Shown in pieces: positions 1 through 5,679 of a stretch of DNA of 12,437 bases. This DNA is from Methanobacterium sp. GTDB lineage: Archaea; Methanobacteriota; Methanobacteria; Methanobacteriales; Methanobacteriaceae. Below the pieces are notes generated by a model. It had not been told where the DNA came from and searched no databases. It saw nothing but the letters and a program-made list of their open reading frames with translations. Within the stretch, counting starts at the first letter, position 1; every line of letters starts with the position of its first letter. A program made the translations under genes and the position numbers. Location of the stretch: assembly GCA_003166335.1 (NCBI GenBank), contig PMWA01000016.1, positions 1 through 12,437 of the forward strand, in the 5' to 3' direction.

Positions 1-193
1 GCGGAATCAACAACCCCACGGTTATGAAGAACCCTCCAAACGCCAGGGTTCGTATTTCATGGAATCGAGTCTCGACTCCTAACGGAGTCAACAGAAAGCC
101 CACAATAAAGCCAAACCCAAACAAGACTGCCAATACTTTCTCTGCACTCGTGATGGGCCGAGCTTTTATTGATTGAGAATCGTTTTTTTTCAT
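1..193 (-). CDS. Hypothetical membrane protein, 5' portion (runs off the left edge of the window)
   Basis: Hand translation from the ATG at 193: MKKNDSQSIKARPITSAEKVLAVLFGFGFIVGFLLTPLGVETRFHEIRTLAFGGFFITVGLLIP..., open to the window edge with two hydrophobic segments. Strong SD GGAGGT (rc of 200-205) 6 nt upstream. Absent from the ORF track, presumably because it has no stop in the window. Confidence 0.8.
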   Translation of the reverse strand, partial: MKKNDSQSIKARPITSAEKVLAVLFGFGFIVGFLLTPLGVETRFHEIRTLAFGGFFITVGLLIP

Positions 194-299
194 AGAATTA
201 CCTCCTAATTATTCTTCATTTTATATTTATACAGCTAAGAGATTAGTAATTTACCGATTTAAAGATTTTTGACCTTGAGAAAAGTTCAAATTGTTTGAT

Positions 300-629
300 T
301 TAGGATCTACTTGAGAATCTATGGCTTAAAGAATCTTCCCATTCTCGGAATTCTTTAATATGGGGAGTAGAGCTATTCTATGTTCAGTTAAAGAATATTC
401 AACTCTTGGGGGAACTTCCAGATACACAACCCTGTTTATAAACTATTGTACTCTTCAAGGATTCTGAGGTGTTTTGTAATGGTTTTGGGGTTAATATTAG
501 TCATTCTTTTTTTGAAGCTCAGTAAATCTTAAGGTCCGATAACTTAGATTCCAACAATGATCATGTTCCATTTGTTTCCTATTAATTCTAATGCAATAAT
601 GCCTCGTCTACGTTTATTTTCAGATTCAT
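300..629 (-). pseudogene. HxlR-family winged-helix transcriptional regulator, degraded (about 5 frameshifts)
   Basis: Minus-strand fragments in different frames: ALELIGNKWNMIIV (ALELIGNKW = 568-594), NLSYRTLRFTELQK, MTNINPKTITKHLRILEEY, FINRVVYLEVPPRVEYSLTEHRIALLPILK (EVPPRVEYSLTE = 383-418) and FREWEDSL. LIGxKW, RFxEL, LxxLE and EVPPRVEYSLT are the hallmark HxlR motifs, in the right order and spacing. ATG at 627-629; the 3' end is approximate. Confidence 0.88.
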
Positions 630-852
630 ATCACTTTACCTATTACTTACTTTTTAGAACATAATGTTACGTTTATTCACATGAGGTATTTAAATATGTA
701 ATGGCTCAATGTACGATATAATCCTAAACGAAAGTTCAAGAAAGTTCTTCCCGGACATCTGAAACACTACATACTTTCTCCATCTTATCGACCAGCATTA
801 TTTTAGTACCTAAATTATTCGCATGCTGATTGAATTTATTAAGAGCCTTCAC

Positions 853-900
853 TTTTATATATTTTGTAACTAACATTAGGTAATGTGTAACAAGTGGTGA
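853..900 (+). promoter_or_regulatory. Putative promoter of the trmB-like gene: TATA box, palindrome over the expected start site, and SD
   Basis: TTTTATATA at 853-861; inverted repeat ACATTA-gg-TAATGT at 873-886; TGTAAC direct repeat at 865-870 and 886-891; GGTGA at 896-900 before the ATG at 908. Confidence 0.55.
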
Positions 901-907
901 ATTAATT

Positions 908-1703
908 ATGAATCGTGAAATAAACATGGCTTTAAGAAATATGGGACTCACAAATTACGAGATACAAGCTTATGTAGCTTTAACTTCCATTATATCAGGA
1001 ACTGCTTCAGAAATTAGCGTTGCAGCTAATCTTCCCCGACCAAAAATATATGAAACCCTGAAAACATTAGAAAAGAAGGGTTTCATAGAAATTAATAGGA
1101 CTAAACCCTTAAAATTTACAGTTATACCACCAAATGATGTTTTTAAAGAGTACAGGAAAAAATTAAAATCGAATTTAGATAAAGCAGAAACAGAATTGAG
1201 CATGATCTATGAAAATCAGATTCCCAAGGTTCCTGCCCCATTATGGATATTACACGGCTCTGAAAAATTAGTAAAAAAAGAATTGGAGATAATCTCACGA
1301 ACGGAAAAAAATCTAATTTTAATGGGAGGCTTTATGTTCGATAATGAAATATCAGATTTGAAGAAATCCCTTAAAAGTGTCATTAAAAAAGGAATAGACA
1401 CAAGAATTATTACTCCTCCTTATTATACCATTGATAATAATAAAATAAATATAACTCATGAATTTGTTGAACTCAATTGTCCAAGTAAAGTTCTTCAAGT
1501 TCCCATTTATAAAATTGGTGGTAAGGGACAATAAAGAAATGTTGCTAACTTTATCTAAATTCTCTGGCGAAAATGTATTAGAGGAAACCGCTATAGGCAT
1601 ATGGAATCAGTATCCAGAATTCATAGAAACAATATCAGGTTTATATGACATTATATGGAATACTAGCCTGTTTAACCAACTTAAAGATCATGAAAATAAA
1701 TAA
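908..1703 (+). pseudogene. TrmB-family transcriptional regulator interrupted by a +1 frameshift at about 1502-1504 (pseudogene or sequencing error)
   Basis: The N-terminal ORF 908..1534 has the TrmB HTH pattern (GLTNYEIQAYVAL...TASEISVAANLPRPKIYETLKTLEKKGFI...P.KF). The C-terminal domain continues in another frame (PFIKLVVRDNKEMLL...AIGIWNQYPEF...LYDIIWN, stop at 1703). Removing one C from GTT CCC A (1499-1505) fuses them into a 264-aa ORF. Confidence 0.85.
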
Positions 1704-1814
1704 TTCTACACTTTATTATTAAAAAAAATATACAAAAAGAAATTTTTTAAATAGAAGAAATTTAGAGTCTAATAAAAAGAATATGAGAACCCAAAAAAAA
1801 TTAAAGGTGATTTA

Positions 1815-2870
1815 TTGAAGGCATTATTAGTAGTTACTGGAAGAGGGATGGGAGGGGATACTGTAACCGCTCTTAACATTGCCCGAGCGTTATCTAAACA
1901 GGGTGTAGATTGTGAATTTGCATTGGATCGCACTGCTACAGGTATATTATTTAAAAAAAATGGTTTAGAATGGTATACAACAAGCATACCCCAAGCAGGA
2001 GGTCATGCTGCAACTAAAGCTTCACTGGCTAAAGCTGCTTTTAAAACATTTAAAGCTGCTTGGGAAACTAGTCGATTATGCAAGAAAATCAAGCCAGATG
2101 TAGTGGTGGGTATTATTGGAGGTGGAGCTGTAGTCGGATGTGTAGGTGCTCTAATCGCAGGGATACCCTCAGTAGGCATTCTAATTACCCCGGCTGATGC
2201 ACAGGTATGCACTAGAATAACCACTACTATTGCTCTTCCTGAATCAAACTTATTCCAAATGGATTTAACTAATACGAATATTCATAAAGCTTATTCACCC
2301 GTTAATCCTGAAATCATAGTGGGTAGTAAAGAAAAAGCACTTGAAATGATGCCACCTGAATTTAAAGAAGATCGTCCATCTATACTATTCTCATCGGGTT
2401 CATGGCTTTTCGGGAAAATGGCTTTAGGTGTTAAAAACCTCGCTAAAAGCGGGTTAAATGCTAATATCCTAGTAGTTGGTGAACCCTTAAAAGAAGATAA
2501 AAAAGATATTCAAGAGTACCTAAAAGAAGATAATATTATTTATTTAGGATATGTTGACTGGATGCAGGATTTATATAAAATTGTTGATCTTGCTGTTTTA
2601 ACTGATGATGGGATGATGATTCATGAAGCTATAGCTTGTCAATTACCAGTTGTAGCGCTTTTAGGGGTGAAATGGGGTCGATATCATAATTTAGCTGCTG
2701 TTTTTGAAGGTGCCGTATTAGAGAGTGAATTAGAGGATCTAGAGGAAGTTATTCGAAGAGGATTCGATGAACTAGATGAAATGAAAGATAATGCCCTAAA
2801 ATATGGTAATGATGTTTTAGAATCCTCAGATAAGATTGCTGAAATAATTTATAATCAAATAAAAAAATAA
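1815..2870 (+). CDS. MurG-like (GT28 / GT-B fold) glycosyltransferase
   Basis: 351 aa with a TTG start and SD AGGTGA (1805-1810). N-terminal glycine loop VTGRGMGGD resembles the MurG GGGTGGH loop; also KIKPDVVVGIIGGG, a C-terminal SSGS loop and YVDWMQDLYKIVDLAV...MIHEAIACQLPVV, which matches the GT28 C-terminal pattern. Confidence 0.8.
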   Translation: MKALLVVTGRGMGGDTVTALNIARALSKQGVDCEFALDRTATGILFKKNGLEWYTTSIPQAGGHAATKASLAKAAFKTFKAAWETSRLCKKIKPDVVVGIIGGGAVVGCVGALIAGIPSVGILITPADAQVCTRITTTIALPESNLFQMDLTNTNIHKAYSPVNPEIIVGSKEKALEMMPPEFKEDRPSILFSSGSWLFGKMALGVKNLAKSGLNANILVVGEPLKEDKKDIQEYLKEDNIIYLGYVDWMQDLYKIVDLAVLTDDGMMIHEAIACQLPVVALLGVKWGRYHNLAAVFEGAVLESELEDLEEVIRRGFDELDEMKDNALKYGNDVLESSDKIAEIIYNQIKK

Positions 2871-2889
2871 AATTTAGAAACTTTTTTTT
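2861..2889. terminator. Likely oligo(T) terminators shared by the convergent glycosyltransferase and oxidoreductase genes
   Basis: T8 on + at 2882-2889 just after the glycosyltransferase stop; A7 at 2861-2867 (T7 on -) just after the oxidoreductase stop. Oligo(T) tracts are known archaeal terminators. Confidence 0.4.
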
Positions 2890-4198
2890 ATCCATATCTA
2901 GCGAAGAATCTCATTAATTTATATAAAGGATCTGTTGAAGGGTGGGCTTCCATAAAATCATCAAAATCATAAGTTTTATAATCATCCCTCATCATTTTAG
3001 AGATATAAGCCATACTAGTGCGTGCTGATGGTGATATACTAGTAACATCACGTATTTCGCCAGATTCCTGGTTTACTTTCACCTTTGTGAATCCTGTATT
3101 ACGATCAAGTACTCTCCAAAAGGCACCTGGACCGGCAAATCCTGGTATGGAGCCTTCAATAATATTCGTATCCACCACAGTGCTGTTCTGGTTAAAGAAT
3201 GTAATGTCATAATAGAGAGACATGGAATTTGGTATAAATCTGTAATCAGCCTCAGTAATTATCCCGCATGCATTTCTAGCAGCTACAACTCCCTCCATTC
3301 TAGCAACTGGCGTGGTTCCAACTCCACCAACTAAATCTCCAGCAGCATAGATATCTCTCGCACTGGTTTCCATCCTCTGATTTACAAGGACTTCACCATT
3401 ATTACCTATATCAACTATTCCATTTAATATTTCAGAATTAGGAGTCATTCCTGTTGCTAAAAGCACGTCTCCATGCATGAAACCCTTATCTGATGTGAGG
3501 CCATTCTGTTTTATCTCATTAACTTTAAGATTTTCATGTATTTCGACTTCGTCTAAAAGTTTTTTTATCACATACTTTTTAACATCCTCTTCCAGAACTC
3601 TCAGGAAACTATTTCTACATAAAACATGTACTTTTGAACCTAATGCAGAGAATACTCCTGCATATTCTGCTGCTATAACTCCACTTCCCACTATAATAAG
3701 TTTTTCAGGTACATCTTTAAATTCTAGAACATCTGTATATGTTTTAGCATTCTCTGAACCTTTTATTGGTGGAATATAACCCCTTGAACCGGTGGCCATT
3801 ATCAATTTGTCAAATTGATACGTTTCATCATTTACTATGACTTCTTTATTTTTTTGGTTAATGATTTCAACCGTGTTATTTAAAATTTCTACACCTGCAT
3901 CTTTAGTTTCAGCTTCTTCAACTCTTCTTATTTTAGCTATAATATTTTTAATACCCTTAGATAAGTTTTGAAAATTAATGTCGTCTATTTTAGTAGTAAT
4001 ATTCATTTCATTGAATTTCTGAGAGTCTTTTATAAATCTAGCCACATCATTCAATCCAGAAGTAACCATACAACCATGATTAAGGCATTTACCACCTAAA
4101 TACTCTTTTTCAAAAAGTGTAACTTCTTCTCCAATTTGCGCTGCTTCTATTGCTGCTATTCTGCCAGCAGGACCCCCACCAACAACTAATATCTTCAT
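2888..4198 (-). CDS. Class-I pyridine nucleotide-disulfide oxidoreductase (dihydrolipoamide dehydrogenase / glutathione reductase-like)
   Basis: FAD motif ILVVGGGPAG, redox disulfide GGKCLNHGC, LIMATGS, second Rossmann motif IVGSGVIAAE, ETSARDIYAAGD and C-terminal HPS. Start re-assigned to the ATG at 4198 (MKILVV..., 436 aa), which is preceded by a GGGGGT SD, instead of the ORF-track start at 4252. Confidence 0.9.
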   Translation of the reverse strand: MKILVVGGGPAGRIAAIEAAQIGEEVTLFEKEYLGGKCLNHGCMVTSGLNDVARFIKDSQKFNEMNITTKIDDINFQNLSKGIKNIIAKIRRVEEAETKDAGVEILNNTVEIINQKNKEVIVNDETYQFDKLIMATGSRGYIPPIKGSENAKTYTDVLEFKDVPEKLIIVGSGVIAAEYAGVFSALGSKVHVLCRNSFLRVLEEDVKKYVIKKLLDEVEIHENLKVNEIKQNGLTSDKGFMHGDVLLATGMTPNSEILNGIVDIGNNGEVLVNQRMETSARDIYAAGDLVGGVGTTPVARMEGVVAARNACGIITEADYRFIPNSMSLYYDITFFNQNSTVVDTNIIEGSIPGFAGPGAFWRVLDRNTGFTKVKVNQESGEIRDVTSISPSARTSMAYISKMMRDDYKTYDFDDFMEAHPSTDPLYKLMRFFARYG

Positions 4199-4420
4199 AA
4201 TATTCAATACCCCCAATAATTTATATGAATATAAGAAAATGCTAAATCTCAATAAGTAAATATTTTTAAATCGGTATTAAATAATTATTTAAATATTTTC
4301 TAAATATTTCTTTTTATTTTGCCAATAATTCTGAGTATTATGAATAATTTAAAAGTCCATGTTATTTAAATAAACTTAAGTAAGATCTTTATTTTGTTTT
4401 AATGTCCCAAAAAAAATTTA

Positions 4421-4428
4421 TTTATATA
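4421..4428 (+). promoter_or_regulatory. Candidate TATA box upstream of hypC
   Basis: TTTATATA downstream of an A-rich stretch. The region is very AT-rich, so the assignment is tentative. Confidence 0.3.
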
Positions 4429-4563
4429 ATAAATGTAACATAATAAAAATATTAAAAGATTATTTTTAATTTCAATTCAATTCAAAAAAGATTTAATACA
4501 ATCGAACAACAGTTAAAATAGATTATAAGAATCAAATTAGAATAAAAAAAGGGGATAAAATTT

Positions 4564-4794
4564 ATGTGTATTGCAGCACCAGCACAGATACTAGAGATCA
4601 AAGATAATGTGGCTACCGTGGATTTTGGAGGGGTAAGACAGCAAGCCAAATTAGATTTAGTAGGAGATTTAGAAATAGGCAGATACGTCCTAGTCCATTC
4701 CGGATATGCCATTGAAGTTTTAAGTGACCGAGAAGCTAAAGAGTCTCTAGAAGCATGGGATGAACTCCTGAAAGCTCTAGATGAAGAGGAATGA
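4564..4794 (+). CDS. hypC: [NiFe]-hydrogenase maturation chaperone HypC/HupF
   Basis: 76 aa: MCIAAPAQI (conserved Cys2), ATVDFGGV and GRYVLVHSGYAI. GGGGA SD at 4551-4555; T8 tract at 4797-4804 after the stop. Confidence 0.95.
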   Translation: MCIAAPAQILEIKDNVATVDFGGVRQQAKLDLVGDLEIGRYVLVHSGYAIEVLSDREAKESLEAWDELLKALDEEE

Positions 4795-4894
4795 AATTTT
4801 TTTTAATTACAAAATTTTAAAATATGTTATTAAAAAAAGTTAAGTCTTATTTTTTTTATTACCATACATGGTTAGAACAATTTTTTTATTTTTT

Positions 4895-5398
4895 TTAATA
4901 GATTGAAACTCTTTTAACTCCTTTGATCTTTAAAAATTCATTTATTAATTCACCTTTAACCTGTTTTTCCGTTATTATGGTGAGTAGGGGATTTTCTTCA
5001 AGTTCAGGGTCACCAGCATGGGCTTGTCTAATGCTAATATTTTCATGTGAGATGAGTTCCGTCGCCTGGGCTAATATGCCAGGATTATTAGCATGGGCTT
5101 CTATTTCAACTACACCAAATCCTAGATTGCCTGCTACGTTTTTTAGGAGTGTTCCCGCAGGATGTATATTCTCGAATATTTCTCTTAGTTGATGGTCTTT
5201 AAGTATAACATTGACTGTGGTTTTAATTGTTCTCCGGTCTACCCCTACTGATCTTGCTATGGCAACGTCTGTTATTTCAACGTCTCCACAGTATATTTTA
5301 CCATTTTCGGTAATGTGCAAACCGAGTTCCACTATTTTTCTGGCTATGCGCATTCTGGCGGGGTATTTATCGAATTTATGTTTTATTTTATTCCACAT
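4895..5398 (-). CDS. trpY: Tryptophan-sensing transcriptional regulator TrpY (HTH + ACT domain)
   Basis: 167 aa, divergent from trpE. Begins Met-Trp with W2 as the only Trp. HTH-like DVAIARSVGVDRRTI and ACT-like NPGILAQATELISHENISIRQ. SD GGTGA (rc 5406-5410). Same arrangement as Methanothermobacter thermautotrophicus trpY. Confidence 0.9.
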   Translation of the reverse strand: MWNKIKHKFDKYPARMRIARKIVELGLHITENGKIYCGDVEITDVAIARSVGVDRRTIKTTVNVILKDHQLREIFENIHPAGTLLKNVAGNLGFGVVEIEAHANNPGILAQATELISHENISIRQAHAGDPELEENPLLTIITEKQVKGELINEFLKIKGVKRVSIY

Positions 5399-5430
5399 AC
5401 AATTTTCACCATTCTAATTTAATTTCAAAA

Positions 5431-5460
5431 TGAACGTACATATACTTCTATAAAATTTTC
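5431..5460 (-). promoter_or_regulatory. Putative trpY promoter with TRP-box-like site(s) downstream of the TATA box
   Basis: The minus strand reads GAAAA-TTTTATAG (BRE/TATA-like, rc 5448-5460). CGTACA (5435-5440) is a 5/6 match to TGTACA. TGAACG (5431-5436) and TATACT (5441-5446) form a weaker 10-bp-period pair. Confidence 0.5.
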
Positions 5461-5510
5461 AATTTTATTTAATATTATTCTTATGGAAAAATTGACAAAC
5501 TTAAAATTAC

Positions 5511-5558
5511 TATGTATACTTATGTACACTAAAGCTTTAAATAATGCCATGATGTATA
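5511..5558 (+). promoter_or_regulatory. trpE operon promoter with TrpY operators (TRP boxes)
   Basis: A tandem 10-mer TATGTAYACT x2 (5511-5530) gives TGTATA-N4-TGTACA (5513-5518, 5523-5528). It lies just upstream of the TATA box TTTAAATA (5536-5543), with a third TGTATA at 5553-5558. The TRP-box consensus TGTACA is established for M. thermautotrophicus TrpY. Confidence 0.8.
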
Positions 5559-5646
5559 TAGCATTTAAGGTTTGAAATTTTTAATATCTTAAAATTTAGT
5601 GTTCTAAAAAAAATTTGATGAGAAAAAATTGTGATGGTGAATAATA

Positions 5647-5679
5647 ATGAAAGGCTGTGAATGTTTTTGGCGAATTTAA
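5647..5679 (+). other. Trp-codon-containing leader ORF MKGCECFWRI* overlapping the trpE 5' end; candidate +1 frameshift cassette (TTT TGG)
   Basis: SD GGTGA (5636-5640), 6 nt spacer, then ATG AAA GGC TGT GAA TGT TTT TGG CGA ATT TAA. A +1 shift from TTT (5665-5667) to TTT (5666-5668) continues GGC GAA TTT AAA in the TrpE frame. Confidence 0.6.

Noticed and set aside
61..89. Overlapping short inverted repeats (GGAATCGAG/CTCGACTCC; GACTCC/GGAGTC)
   Set aside because: They lie inside a coding region and are short, with no supporting context.
736..951. 71-aa minus-strand ORF
   Set aside because: Overlaps the trmB start and promoter and has no SD or recognisable family. Only its last 15 codons are noted as a weak remnant.
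1458..1703. 81-aa ORF as an independent gene
   Set aside because: Better explained as the frameshifted C-terminus of the TrmB-family gene.
4199..4252. N-terminal extension of the oxidoreductase in the ORF track
   Set aside because: The Rossmann fold starts at MKILVV (4198), which has its own SD.
4286..4373. Palindromes TATTTAAATA (4286-4295) and TTATTTAAATAA (4362-4373) as operators
   Set aside because: They equal bidirectional TATA-like sequences and are expected in very AT-rich DNA.
4564..4794. Isolated hypC as an anomaly
   Set aside because: hyp genes are commonly dispersed in methanogen genomes.
5560..5646. Classical bacterial trp attenuator (leader peptide with tandem Trp plus terminator/antiterminator)
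   Set aside because: No tandem Trp codons and no GC-rich alternative hairpins. The only inverted repeat (about 5575-5597) is purely A/T, and the mini-ORF 5618-5644 (MRKNCDGE*) has no Trp or SD.
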